Shown in pieces: positions 1-11,175 of a stretch of DNA of 50,694 nt. This DNA is from Desulfobulbaceae bacterium (GTDB lineage Bacteria; Desulfobacterota; Desulfobulbia; Desulfobulbales; Desulfocapsaceae). Under the pieces are notes generated by a model. It made no database searches, had not been told where the DNA came from, and saw only the letters and a program-made list of their open reading frames with translations. Both the position numbers and the translations under genes were made by a program. Position 1 is the first letter of the stretch. Each line of letters starts with the position of its first letter. The stretch is taken from assembly GCA_011391225.1 (NCBI GenBank), contig JAABQY010000001.1, positions 1-50,694 on the forward strand, in the 5' to 3' direction.

Positions 1-2
1 CC

Positions 3-416
3 CTCGAGTCTGCATATCTTGGCAAGGGGGTTGGAGTCTCGGGGTCGGCACTCTCAGGTCGTGCCGTTTTTACGGAAGAAAATATCCTCAAACTGAGGCA
101 GACTGATCCGGCAACACCTCTCATCTTGATTCGCCAGGACACTGTTCCAGAGGATATCAAAGTGGTGAGTCAATCCGATGGGTTGCTCACCTCCAGGGGC
201 GGGCAGACCTCGCATGCCTCGGTTGTTGCTGTGCGTTTGGAAAAAACCTGCGTTGTCGGCTGTCGCAGCTTAAAGGTATATGAGGCAGAACAGTTTTGCG
301 AGATTTCCGGGATAACCATATGCTTTGGTGATCCTATTTCAATCGATGGCCGCAACGGGCAGGTGCTGAACGGAGCACACCCCATAGTTGAAGAGTATCA
401 TATCCTGCCGATATAA
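3..416 (+). CDS. C-terminal part of a pyruvate phosphate dikinase-like protein (PEP-utilising enzyme phospho-His swivel domain); 5'-truncated by the window edge
   Basis: Frame is open from base 3 (LESAYLGKGVGVSGSALSGRAVF...). It contains LIRQDTVPEDI, LLTSRGGQTSHASVVA and GDPISIDGRNG, which match the PPDK central-domain motifs (ETSPEDI, GGMTSHAA, GDxISxDG). Stop at 414-416. Confidence 0.85.
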   Translation, partial: LESAYLGKGVGVSGSALSGRAVFTEENILKLRQTDPATPLILIRQDTVPEDIKVVSQSDGLLTSRGGQTSHASVVAVRLEKTCVVGCRSLKVYEAEQFCEISGITICFGDPISIDGRNGQVLNGAHPIVEEYHILPI

Positions 417-584
417 AATGTTTCAGGACAGCGATTGATGTAGACAATAACAATTGAACCAGCTGAATTGCTTGCAGCAAAAGAGGCATGATGGTTATGG
501 CGAAAAGCAAAAAAATCGCATTGGAAATGCGGGCATTCTTTATAAGAAAACAAAGATGCTTACAGGCTAACTGGGGAGGGTGAG

Positions 585-812
585 ATGTCTCAGAATAAAG
601 TATACAGAAAAGGCCCGAAACTTTTTTCATTAGCCAGGAAGAAAGCACTTAGACTCGGGGTTCCCCAAGAAAAGGGGGTAAAACTTGCTGAACTAATATG
701 CCGGATCCAAGAGCAAGAGGGTAATCCCGCATGCTTTCAGCAGCGACAACGCTGCACACAAACTGCTTGCTGCTGGCAGGCGTCTTGTAGGGTATTGATG
801 ATGCAAGAATAA
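585..812 (+). CDS. Small SAP/Rho_N-like domain protein with C-terminal Cys cluster
   Basis: SD GGAGG upstream of ATG 585. Sequence LAELICRIQEQEGNPACF..C....CCW...C resembles the widespread 'IQ..EGN..CF' small-protein family. Confidence 0.7.
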   Translation: MSQNKVYRKGPKLFSLARKKALRLGVPQEKGVKLAELICRIQEQEGNPACFQQRQRCTQTACCWQASCRVLMMQE

Positions 813-829
813 AAATAACCACGTTCCAG

Positions 830-1042
830 TTATTGCCTGCTCTCCTTGACCCCAAGTTTTTTAAGGGCGATTCCCATGGGACAGAATTTGGTAAATCCGA
901 ACTGGAAAAGGTTCAGCCCGACGAAAGCCGTAAATAAAAGCCAATATGTGCTATGAAATAAAGGACTAGCATCTATTCCTAAAGAGAGGCTGAGTAGTAT
1001 GAAAAAACCAGCGAAAACGTGTATCCAATCGGTAATTATCAT
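830..1042 (-). CDS. DUF2892 / YgaP-like membrane protein
   Basis: 70 aa with two hydrophobic helices and the motif FVGLNLFQFGFTKFCPM. Confidence 0.85.
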   Translation of the reverse strand: MIITDWIHVFAGFFILLSLSLGIDASPLFHSTYWLLFTAFVGLNLFQFGFTKFCPMGIALKKLGVKESRQ

Positions 1043-1082
1043 GTGGTATAGTCCTTAGTCTTATGTTGATGTGCCTTTTAAA

Positions 1083-1370
1083 TCATAGAGTTGGACAGAA
1101 AAGAAGACGCATTTTTTTGATAAGTTCGAGAATACGCTTGTCGATAATTTTATTATAAATAAAATTGGCATCTTTACGGTAGTCGATTATTCCTTGGCCA
1201 CGCAGGATATTCAAGTGTTGGGACACATTGGCGTTGGTGGTTTTAACCCGCTTTCTGATCTCGCCGACTGAAAGCTCCTGGTCCTGTAAAAGGCAAAGTA
1301 TTTTAAGACGAATAGGGTGGGACATCGATTTAAGAATTTTTGCCGTTGCATCAATTTGCTCGTCTTGCAT
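1083..1370 (-). CDS. ArsR/SmtB-family transcriptional repressor (YgaV/BigR/SqrR-like)
   Basis: LKSMSHPIRLKILCLL, SQHLNILR and C-terminal LFC. ATG 1370 is preceded by GGGAGAG (the ORF track starts at 1397). Confidence 0.9.
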   Translation of the reverse strand: MQDEQIDATAKILKSMSHPIRLKILCLLQDQELSVGEIRKRVKTTNANVSQHLNILRGQGIIDYRKDANFIYNKIIDKRILELIKKMRLLFCPTL

Positions 1371-1606
1371 GTTCTCTCCCATAGAGGTGTGTGGCATTTC
1401 GCTTTTTAATGTAATAATTGCATCGATTTTGTAAAGTACCCTTTGATATTACAGTTTTTTCAGAAGGGCATACGGCCAAGCAGCCGGTGAAAGTCAAGGT
1501 ATATTTATTAAACGATTGAAAGGATAGACTTGAATCTGGGAAGAGAAAAGAGTTAATTACTTACGAATTTTCAGTTGTACAAGACATTTTGCAAGGAGGT
1601 TTGATG

Positions 1607-2176
1607 ATGACAAATTCGTTGCTGACTCCGGATAAGGTTTGTTTGCAAGTAGTTGATGTGCAGGAAAGCCTAATGGCAAAAATTCATAATGCCGACAGGG
1701 TGGCGTCGACTGTTGAATTGATGATTCGTTGTGCAAAAATATTTAACATCCCGATCCTTGCCAATACCCAGTATATAAAAGGTTTAGGCCCATATGTGGC
1801 TGGTGTCGAAGCGCTTATTGCTGATGTTCAGCGTTTCGATAAGATCGAATTTAATGCGCTCGCCAACAAGGCAACACAGGTCTTTATTGAAGGGCTCGGA
1901 AAAACCGTTACAACCATAGTTTTAGTAGGTGTTGAAACACATATTTGCATCTACCAAACCGCCATAGGGTTGTTGGAACGTGGCTATAAAGTTTGGATTG
2001 TTGCAGATGGAGTGTCATCAAGAAAAATAAGTGATCATCAGGCGGGACTCAACCGATTGCAGGGTGTCGGGGCAACAATCGGGCCTGCTGAGATGCTGAT
2101 ATATGAACTACTTGGCAAAGCCGGCACGAAAGAGTTTAAACAGATACTCCCACTTATCATTAGTCGAGGTGAGTAA
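1607..2176 (+). CDS. Isochorismatase/cysteine hydrolase family protein
   Basis: VDVQE, DKIEFN and GVETHICIYQT supply the Asp-Lys-Cys triad; VADGVSSR also present. SD AGGAGG at 1594-1599. Confidence 0.9.
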   Translation: MTNSLLTPDKVCLQVVDVQESLMAKIHNADRVASTVELMIRCAKIFNIPILANTQYIKGLGPYVAGVEALIADVQRFDKIEFNALANKATQVFIEGLGKTVTTIVLVGVETHICIYQTAIGLLERGYKVWIVADGVSSRKISDHQAGLNRLQGVGATIGPAEMLIYELLGKAGTKEFKQILPLIISRGE

Positions 2177-2204
2177 AAAATATATCTGATTTTATTTGGA
2201 AACT

Positions 2205-4856
2205 ATGAAAGGAAATGAAATACGAAGCAGGTTTTTAAACTACTTCAAGGAAAATGGCCATACTGTCGTGGACAGTTCCTCACTTGTCCCGAAAGATGAT
2301 CCAACTCTCCTTTTTACCAATGCCGGAATGGTTCAGTTCAAAATGGTATTCATGGGAGAAGATAAACGCGAGTATGTGAAGGCGGTTACCAGTCAGCGTT
2401 GCGTTCGTGCCGGCGGCAAACACAACGACCTTGAAAATGTCGGATATACGGCCCGGCATCACACCTTTTTTGAAATGCTCGGCAACTTTTCTTTCGGGGA
2501 TTACTTCAAGGAAGACGCCATTCGTTTTGCTTGGAATTTTCTTACCGTAGAGCTTGGAGTTCCGGCAGAAAAGCTTTGGGTGTCAATTTTTCAGGATGAC
2601 GATGAGGCTTTTGCGCTTTGGGATAAGGTCGAGAGTCTGCCGAAAGGGCGCATTGTCAGGATGGGCGAAAAGGATAATTTTTGGGCTATGGGTGATACCG
2701 GACCTTGTGGACCTTGTTCGGAAATTCATATCGATCAAGGCGTCGCTGCCGGTTGCGGTAGGCTGGAATGCGCTTTGGGATGCGACTGTGACCGATTCCT
2801 TGAATTGTGGAATCTGGTGTTTATGCAATTCAACCGTTCCGCCGATGGGACGATGACAAGATTGCCGAAACCAAGCATTGATACGGGGATGGGCCTGGAG
2901 AGGGTTGCTGCTGTTTTGCAAGGTAAGTTAAATAATTATGAGTCGGATCTCTTCACTCCAATCCTTGCCAAACTTGAGGCTTTATCAAAAAAAAGCTACG
3001 GAACAAACGCTCAGGATGATACCGCGATGCGGGTTATTGCCGATCATGCCAGGGCAACAACATTCCTTGTTGCCGATGGTGTCCTCCCGAGCAATGAAGG
3101 GGCGGGATATGTCTTGCGGCGGATTATGCGCAGGGCGGTTCGATATGGCAAACACCTCGGGTTGGAAAAACCCTTTTTAGAGGGGGTATGCAATGCCGTG
3201 GTTAGCGAAATGGCTTCCGCCTACCCGCACATCAATGGCGCTCGTTCCCTGCTTGCGCAGGTGGTGACAAAGGAAGAAGAGCGCTTCCGTGAAACTCTCG
3301 AGAATGGTCTCGTATTGCTAGATGAAGAAATTTCTCGGATGTCCAGAGATAACTCACCAAACATCCAGGGCAGCTTCATTTTTAAACTGTATGATACTTT
3401 CGGCTTTCCTTTTGATATTGTGCGAGATATCGCGCTTGAAAGAGGCTTTGGTTTCGATGAGCCCGGTTTTCTCTTGGAGATGGAAAATCAACGCCGGAAA
3501 TCGCGCTCATCGAGGAAAGATGAAGGCGTGAAACTCCTCGACGAGGGCGTGAGAAATCTTGCTGCTGCCGGCAAAAAAGGCCAGTTTGGTGGCTATCATG
3601 AGCTCTCCGCCGTTGCAAAAGTAGAGGGTTTGCTGGACGACGAGGGCAGGAACGTCAAAAGCCTTGTTGCTGGTCAGAAAGGACGCCTCTATGTGGGGCT
3701 GACGCCTTTTTATGCAGAAGCCGGCGGTCAAGTAGGCGACCGCGGCGAGGTCTGCTGGCAGGGTGGGCTGGCCAGGGTGCTCGCTACATCTATTGCTGGC
3801 GCGAAAATCGTTCTTCATGAAATTAAAGTAATTGAAGGGCTTTTGATTGAGGAAACAGAGGTGTTTTTAGTTGTTGACAAAGACAGGCGTCATGCCATTG
3901 CAGCGCACCATTCGGCAACACATATGCTGCATGCTGCTCTTAGAAATCTCCTTGGAGATCATGTGAAACAGGCCGGTTCAATGGTTGGGCCTGAGCGCCT
4001 GCGTTTCGATTTCACCCACTTCTCGCCCCTGACCCAGGAGCAGATCGAACGGGTTGAAGTTCTAGTAAACATGCAAATATGGCAAAATGCTCCGGTCATA
4101 ACAAGAATATTGCAGCGGGATGAAGCTTTGAAGGAAGGGGCAATGGCACTTTTTGGCGAAAAATACGAAGAGAGTGTTCGGGTAGTGTCGATGGCCGATT
4201 TCAGCAAGGAACTCTGCGGCGGTACCCATGTTGAAGCTACCGGTGAAATTGGGGTATTTAAGATCCTCTCTGAGAGCGGAATAGCATCTGGGGTCCGGAG
4301 AATTGATGCTTTAGCAGGACCAGCAGCCTTTGCTTATATTCAAGTGCAGGGGAGTAGAGAACGCCAAATTGCCAGCCTCCTGAACGTCGGCAATTCTAAC
4401 GAAATAGTCGCTAAAGTTGAAACCTTGTTGACCCAGCTGAAGACAATGGATAAGCAGATTAGTGATCTTTCTCGACAACTTGCGAGTTCTGACCTTGACG
4501 GAATGTTGCAAGGTTCACTGACTATTGCTGGAGTGAAGGTAATTGCCTCTGAAATACAGCTTGATAGCCAGAAAACGCTGCGTGAGGTTGGTGATCGTTT
4601 ACGGGACATTCTTGGATCAGGCGTAGCTGTCCTCGGTGGCAGTATTAATGGTAAAGCAGCCCTGTTGGCGGTTGTAACAGCTGATTTGACGCAGCGGATT
4701 AAAGCCGGAGATATCATAAATAGAGTCGCGACACTGGTAGGAGGAAAAGGTGGTGGCAGGGAGGATATGGCTCAAGCGGGCGGCCCCATGGTTGACAAAG
4801 TAAGTGAAGCCATTAAGGCCGTGCCAGATGTGGTCAAGAACCTTCTCCAGGAATAG
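2205..4856 (+). CDS. alaS: Alanine--tRNA ligase
   Basis: DPTLLFTNAGM, RHHTFFEMLGNFSFGDYFK, editing motifs HSATH and ELCGGTH, C-terminal GGKGGG. Confidence 0.99.
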   Translation: MKGNEIRSRFLNYFKENGHTVVDSSSLVPKDDPTLLFTNAGMVQFKMVFMGEDKREYVKAVTSQRCVRAGGKHNDLENVGYTARHHTFFEMLGNFSFGDYFKEDAIRFAWNFLTVELGVPAEKLWVSIFQDDDEAFALWDKVESLPKGRIVRMGEKDNFWAMGDTGPCGPCSEIHIDQGVAAGCGRLECALGCDCDRFLELWNLVFMQFNRSADGTMTRLPKPSIDTGMGLERVAAVLQGKLNNYESDLFTPILAKLEALSKKSYGTNAQDDTAMRVIADHARATTFLVADGVLPSNEGAGYVLRRIMRRAVRYGKHLGLEKPFLEGVCNAVVSEMASAYPHINGARSLLAQVVTKEEERFRETLENGLVLLDEEISRMSRDNSPNIQGSFIFKLYDTFGFPFDIVRDIALERGFGFDEPGFLLEMENQRRKSRSSRKDEGVKLLDEGVRNLAAAGKKGQFGGYHELSAVAKVEGLLDDEGRNVKSLVAGQKGRLYVGLTPFYAEAGGQVGDRGEVCWQGGLARVLATSIAGAKIVLHEIKVIEGLLIEETEVFLVVDKDRRHAIAAHHSATHMLHAALRNLLGDHVKQAGSMVGPERLRFDFTHFSPLTQEQIERVEVLVNMQIWQNAPVITRILQRDEALKEGAMALFGEKYEESVRVVSMADFSKELCGGTHVEATGEIGVFKILSESGIASGVRRIDALAGPAAFAYIQVQGSRERQIASLLNVGNSNEIVAKVETLLTQLKTMDKQISDLSRQLASSDLDGMLQGSLTIAGVKVIASEIQLDSQKTLREVGDRLRDILGSGVAVLGGSINGKAALLAVVTADLTQRIKAGDIINRVATLVGGKGGGREDMAQAGGPMVDKVSEAIKAVPDVVKNLLQE

Positions 4857-4959
4857 CTGATAACGCGGCTTTGAATGGCCCTGGGTTGAGCGAATTGGGC
4901 GTTTTTTCCGGGAGCCTAGCTGCTTTAGTTGGACCAGCTTGATACCAAATATAAATTAG

Positions 4960-4988
4960 TTGACAGAGCAATATATTTACAGTAAGAA
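4960..4988 (+). promoter_or_regulatory. Candidate sigma70 promoter of the atp operon
   Basis: TTGACA (4960-4965), 17-bp spacer, TAAGAA (4983-4988). Confidence 0.45.
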
Positions 4989-5132
4989 TTTTTTGCTATT
5001 GTGAATGGTGGTTCAGTTTAATTCACTCAGTTTTAGTCCTTATATTGTAGATATATCAAACGCGGTCATCATCCATTAGGTTATGGATGTTAAGTTTTTT
5101 CGTTTTATTTTAGTTGAGCAGGAGCTACTAAC

Positions 5133-5558
5133 ATGATTACGACGGATATTACTTTGTTTATTCAGATTGTTAACATGGTTGTGCTCATGTTTCTCCTTAA
5201 CGGAGTTCTTTACAAACCAATAAGGAACATCCTCAAGGAGAGATCTGAAAAACTGCGAGGTATGGAGGAAAACATCTCGAAGTTTGAGAAAAATGCCAAG
5301 TTGCGACAGGAAGAAGTAGATGCAAAAATGGCAAAGGCGGCTGGAAAGGCAAAAGCTGCTTTGGACTCCGCCCGCGCTGAGGCCCAGGCCGTTGGAGATG
5401 GAAAGCTGGCTGCAATCCGGGCTGAAGCAGACGCATCCAAGGAGGCAAAACTTGCTGAGCTCAGAGCTCAAATCGAGAGCGCCAGGACCAGTTTGCGATC
5501 CAATTTGGATGGATTTGCAGCCGATATGGCGAGTAAAATTCTGGGGAGGAGTCTCTAA
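5133..5558 (+). CDS. atpF: F0 ATP synthase subunit b' (peripheral stalk)
   Basis: N-terminal TM DITLFIQIVNMVVLMFLLNGVLYKPI followed by a coiled coil. First gene of the atp operon. Confidence 0.93.
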   Translation: MITTDITLFIQIVNMVVLMFLLNGVLYKPIRNILKERSEKLRGMEENISKFEKNAKLRQEEVDAKMAKAAGKAKAALDSARAEAQAVGDGKLAAIRAEADASKEAKLAELRAQIESARTSLRSNLDGFAADMASKILGRSL

Positions 5559-5560
5559 AC

Positions 5561-6220
5561 ATGAATGGAGTGAAGCATATTGCCAAGTTTGTAAGTCTTC
5601 TTGTTTTGGCCCTTTCTTTCGCCATGTTCAGTGGATCGGTCTTTGCCGCTGAAAAGGCTGGTCATGCAACAGGAACCGATCAGGCCGTTTCTGCTGATGG
5701 TGGACATGGCGCTAGCAAGGTTTCTAAGAGTTTATCGGCAGAAAAGGTTAAAGATCTTGGTTGGAGGATCGTTAACTTTATCGCGCTTATGATAATTCTC
5801 GTAAAATTCGCTGCAAAGCCCATAGGTGCGGGTCTGGTTGCACGCCAGAAGAAAATAAAAAACGAAATCGAAGAGTTGCAACAGAAACGAGTTGACGCTG
5901 AAAGGTCTTATAATGATTTTCAGGCCAAGCTCGCATCGGTAGAATCGGAAATCGATAAAATCGTAGACAGGGCTGTTGCCCAAGCTGAAATCGAGAAAGT
6001 TAAGATAATTGAGAAAGCCGAGCAAGCTGCCCATGATATTAAACGTTCAGCCGAAATGGCCATTCAGAATGAACTTACAGAAGCCCGTCGGACCCTGAAA
6101 AATGAGGTTGCCGATCAGGCTGCAGCAATGGCTGAAATACTCATTGTAAACAATCTCACTGCGGACGATCAAGTGAAGATTATTGATAATTATTTAGCTA
6201 AAGTGGGGGCGGTACAGTGA
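5561..6220 (+). CDS. atpF: F0 ATP synthase subunit b, with N-terminal signal-like extension
   Basis: WRIVNFIALMIILVKFAAKPI TM followed by a coiled coil; lies directly before delta. Confidence 0.93.
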   Translation: MNGVKHIAKFVSLLVLALSFAMFSGSVFAAEKAGHATGTDQAVSADGGHGASKVSKSLSAEKVKDLGWRIVNFIALMIILVKFAAKPIGAGLVARQKKIKNEIEELQQKRVDAERSYNDFQAKLASVESEIDKIVDRAVAQAEIEKVKIIEKAEQAAHDIKRSAEMAIQNELTEARRTLKNEVADQAAAMAEILIVNNLTADDQVKIIDNYLAKVGAVQ

Positions 6221-6762
6221 AACAGACAATCCTCGCACGACGTTATGCCAAGGCACTTTTTACCATAGGCCAGGAGCAGGCTACGTACGATCAGTACAAT
6301 GAAGTTCTTCAGGGATTAGCAGCTTTGTATGCTTCGCACCCTGAAGTTGCCGATGCCGTCACCAACCCGATGTATCCCATGGATGTCAAAGAAAAGGTTA
6401 TGCAGGGGATGGTGGCCTCGATGGGTGTGGACATTGTCATTGGAAACTTTTTGAATCTTTTGGTTCAAAAAAAACGTGCCGAATTATTGCCCGAAATCGC
6501 AGAAGCATATCAGTCTATGGTTGACGGAGCGAAGAACATCAGCCATGGAAATGTAATTTCGGCAGTTGAATTGAATGATGCATTAAAAGCAAATGTTCAA
6601 ACGGTTTTAGAAAAGTTAACAGGCAAGAAGGTTAAGCTCACTACCAGTGTCGATCCTGCTATCATTGGTGGAATCATTGCCAAAGTTGGTGATCTGGTTC
6701 TGGATGGGAGCATAAAGACGCAACTTGCAGGTTTAAAAGATTCCATTAAGGGGAGAGAATAG
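6217..6762 (+). CDS. atpH: ATP synthase F1 subunit delta
   Basis: ARRYAKALF and VDPAIIGGIIAKVGDLVLDGSIK. GTG start overlaps the atpF stop. Confidence 0.97.
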   Translation: MKQTILARRYAKALFTIGQEQATYDQYNEVLQGLAALYASHPEVADAVTNPMYPMDVKEKVMQGMVASMGVDIVIGNFLNLLVQKKRAELLPEIAEAYQSMVDGAKNISHGNVISAVELNDALKANVQTVLEKLTGKKVKLTTSVDPAIIGGIIAKVGDLVLDGSIKTQLAGLKDSIKGRE

Positions 6763-8286
6763 ATGCAGATCAAAGCCGCAGAAATTAGTCAGATTATCAA
6801 AGATCAGATTGGGGCTTACGAGACCAGCATAGATCTTAACGAGACCGGTACCGTAATATCAGTCGGCGACGGTATCGCCCGTGTCTATGGCGTGCAGAAC
6901 TGTATGGCCATGGAGCTTTTAGAGTTTCCTGGTGGAATCATGGGTCTTGCCCTGAACCTCGAGGCAGACAACGTTGGTTGTGCTGTTCTTGGCAATGTAT
7001 CCGGTATTAAAGAGGGTGACATCGTCAAAAGGACCGGAAAGATTGCCGAGGTTCCTGTCGGACCAGCTATGGAAGGTCGTGTTGTTGATGGTCTCGGCAA
7101 GCCTATTGATGGGCTTGGCCCGATTAAGTCCGAGCTCACCTCGAAAATTGAGGTGCTCGCTCCTGGTGTTATCTCCAGAAAGGGTGTCCATGAGCCTTGT
7201 TATACCGGATCAAAAGCTGTTGATGCCATGACCCCGGTCGGAAGAGGGCAGCGTGAACTGGTTATCGGTGATCGTCAGATTGGCAAAACCTCTCTTTGTG
7301 TCGATGCTATTATTGCTCAGAAGAATACCGATATTCATTGCATCTACGTTGCAGTTGGACAAAAGAAGTCAACAGTCGCTCTGGTTGTTGAGGCGCTGAA
7401 GAAACATGGGGCTATGGCCTATACCACGGTTGTTTCGGCCTGCGCTTCCGATCCCGCACCAATGCAGTATATTGCACCCTTTGCCGGATGTGCTATGGGT
7501 GAATATTTCAGGGACAACGGCCAACATGCACTGATAATTTATGATGACCTTTCAAAGCAAGCCGTTGCTTACCGAGAACTCTCTCTCTTGCTGCGTCGTC
7601 CACCAGGACGTGAAGCATATCCTGGTGATATTTTCTTCAACCACTCACGGTTGCTCGAGAGATCTGCCAAGGTAAACGATGAGCTTGGGGCAGGTTCTCT
7701 CACGGCATTGCCGATCATTGAAACTCAGGCTGGCGATGTTTCGGCATTCATCCCAACTAACGTTATCTCAATCACCGACGGTCAAGTATATCTTGAACCG
7801 AACCTCTTTTTCTCTGGTGTTCGCCCTGCCATCAACGTTGGCCTTTCTGTTTCACGGGTAGGCGGTGCTGCTCAAGTTAAGGCTATGAAACAGGTGGCCG
7901 GTACCCTTCGTCTTGATCTGGCACAGTATCGTGAGCTTGCAGCTTTCGCAGCCTTTGGCTCTGATCTTGACGCAGGTACTCAGGCCAAACTGACTCGCGG
8001 GGAACGACTTGTTGAGATTTTGAAACAGCCACAGTATCAACCGCTGGCGATGGAAAAACAGGTGACAATAATCTACGCTGGCTCTAATGGGTATCTTGAT
8101 AAACTCCCTGTTGCCACCTTGGCTGACTATGAGACTGAACTCTACAGCTATATTGAGTCCAACGAACCGAGCATTTTCACGGATCTTGACAAGGAAAAAG
8201 TGTTCACAGATGCAATTAAAGAGAAACTCAACAAGGTGTTGACCAGCTTTGGTGATACTTTCAAGGCGTCAAAAGGTCTTAACTAA
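6763..8286 (+). CDS. atpA: ATP synthase F1 subunit alpha
   Basis: GDRQIGKT Walker A; [12 protein letters not shown]. Confidence 0.99.
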   Translation: MQIKAAEISQIIKDQIGAYETSIDLNETGTVISVGDGIARVYGVQNCMAMELLEFPGGIMGLALNLEADNVGCAVLGNVSGIKEGDIVKRTGKIAEVPVGPAMEGRVVDGLGKPIDGLGPIKSELTSKIEVLAPGVISRKGVHEPCYTGSKAVDAMTPVGRGQRELVIGDRQIGKTSLCVDAIIAQKNTDIHCIYVAVGQKKSTVALVVEALKKHGAMAYTTVVSACASDPAPMQYIAPFAGCAMGEYFRDNGQHALIIYDDLSKQAVAYRELSLLLRRPPGREAYPGDIFFNHSRLLERSAKVNDELGAGSLTALPIIETQAGDVSAFIPTNVISITDGQVYLEPNLFFSGVRPAINVGLSVSRVGGAAQVKAMKQVAGTLRLDLAQYRELAAFAAFGSDLDAGTQAKLTRGERLVEILKQPQYQPLAMEKQVTIIYAGSNGYLDKLPVATLADYETELYSYIESNEPSIFTDLDKEKVFTDAIKEKLNKVLTSFGDTFKASKGLN

Positions 8287-8304
8287 TTACAAATAGGTCA
8301 AGAT

Positions 8305-9174
8305 ATGGCGAGCTTAAAAGAAGTAAAAACGAAGATCGCGGGCGTTAAAAAGACTGCCCAGATCACCAAGGCGATGAACATGGTTGCTGCAGCAAGATTG
8401 CGCGGCGCCCAAGAAAAAATGGAGGCATTTAGACCTTATGCCTCCAAATTTAACGTGACAATGTCGAACCTGTCAGGAGGAGCAAACACCACAGGATTTC
8501 CATTAATGGAAATTCGTGATGTAAAAACTGTAGAGCTTGTGGTCATCACTTCTGATCGTGGCCTTTGCGGTTCCTTCAATGCCAATATAATCAAGCTTGC
8601 CTTAAAAATGATGGCAGAGTATGAGATTGCCGGGAAAAAAGTGAGTTTTGTCTGTGTCGGCAAAAAAGGGAGTCAGCTGCTCAATAAAACTGGCAAGGTC
8701 AGAAAAAGTTACCGGGATATTATGGGTAATTTCCAGATGTATAATGCCAGGGAGATTGCGACGGACATTGCTGCTCAATTTTTGAGTGGTGCAACTGACA
8801 AAGTTGAAGTTCTTTATGGTCACTTTAAGTCTGTCGCAAGTCAGATTCCGGCAGTGGCTCATCTTCTCCCTGTGCAACCGACAAGTGGTGAAGAAGAATC
8901 CGAGAAAAAGTTTTCAGGAGATTACATCTACGAGCCTTCAACCGAAGAAATCATGGATGTCCTACAACCACTGTATCTCAATGTCATTATTTATCATGCA
9001 ATGCTCGAAGTCGGGGCAAGCGAACATGCCGCCAGAATGACAGCAATGGATAACGCGACGAACGCATGTAAAGATATGGTGAAAAGTCTGAGCATCATTT
9101 ACAATAAGGCTCGTCAGGCAGCGGTAACAAGTGAGCTTATGGACATAGTTGGCGGAGCGGAAGCCCTGAAATAA
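8305..9174 (+). CDS. atpG: ATP synthase F1 subunit gamma
   Basis: QITKAMNMVA, SDRGLCGSFN, EHAARMTAM, NKARQAAVT. Confidence 0.99.
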   Translation: MASLKEVKTKIAGVKKTAQITKAMNMVAAARLRGAQEKMEAFRPYASKFNVTMSNLSGGANTTGFPLMEIRDVKTVELVVITSDRGLCGSFNANIIKLALKMMAEYEIAGKKVSFVCVGKKGSQLLNKTGKVRKSYRDIMGNFQMYNAREIATDIAAQFLSGATDKVEVLYGHFKSVASQIPAVAHLLPVQPTSGEEESEKKFSGDYIYEPSTEEIMDVLQPLYLNVIIYHAMLEVGASEHAARMTAMDNATNACKDMVKSLSIIYNKARQAAVTSELMDIVGGAEALK

Positions 9175-9217
9175 TCTATTATCTCTAAGATAATCCAAGA
9201 CTTTTGAGGAGAGGTAA

Positions 9218-10648
<1,431 letters not shown>

Positions 10649-10669
10649 TCTGCTTAAGGGGTAAGTTCG

Positions 10670-11083
10670 ATGGGACAACAGATAAGACTTGAAGTCGTAA
10701 CTCCAGCTGGAGCCAAAGTTAACGAGGATGTTGATATCGTTAATGCACCTGGATTTGGTGGTGACTTCGGTGTGCTTGCAAATCATGCACCCTTTCTGTC
10801 GACAATCAAAATTGGTACTCTTACCTATGAGAACGGCAATAAAAGAGAGAGTCTCATGGTGAGTGGAGGTTTCTGCGAAGTCTCAAATAATAAGATTACC
10901 TTCCTCGTTGAGAGTGCTGAAAAGGGTAGTGAAATTGATGTAGAAAGGGCACTTAAAGCAAAAGAAAGGGCAGAAAAGCGTTTGGCGCAAGCGGCTCAAC
11001 AAACCGAAAATTTCAACCGAAAGAGGGCAGAGGTCGCTTTGCAGCGTGCGCTTGCTCGGATGAAAGTCTCCAGTATGCGATAA
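10670..11083 (+). CDS. atpC: ATP synthase F1 subunit epsilon
   Basis: [25 protein letters not shown] and a C-terminal helical hairpin. Confidence 0.98.
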   Translation: MGQQIRLEVVTPAGAKVNEDVDIVNAPGFGGDFGVLANHAPFLSTIKIGTLTYENGNKRESLMVSGGFCEVSNNKITFLVESAEKGSEIDVERALKAKERAEKRLAQAAQQTENFNRKRAEVALQRALARMKVSSMR

Positions 11084-11085
11084 TA

Positions 11086-11175
11086 TTTCTCGTTTCATCC
11101 TCCTAGAGGATGAAACGAGAAACAGCAAAGAAGAAATGGGGAGCGGCTCTTCACGGAAGCCGCTCCCCATTTCTT
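11086..11175. terminator. Two tandem perfect hairpins between convergent atpC and amidase genes
   Basis: 17-bp stem TTTCTCGTTTCATCCTC / GAGGATGAAACGAGAAA (11086-11122) and 18-bp stem AAGAAATGGGGAGCGGCT / AGCCGCTCCCCATTTCTT (11131-11175), with A/T-rich ends. Confidence 0.85.

Noticed and set aside
488-583. 31-aa ORF (MMVMAKSKKIALEMRAFFIRKQRCLQANWGG) ending 1 bp before the SAP-like gene; possible leader peptide
   Set aside because: No recognisable motif or attenuator structure; an ORF this short is expected by chance.
4998-5030. TTGTGAA...TTCAC upstream of the atp operon, resembling a Rex box
   Set aside because: Half-site spacing is far longer than the TTGTGAA-N4-TTCACAA consensus.
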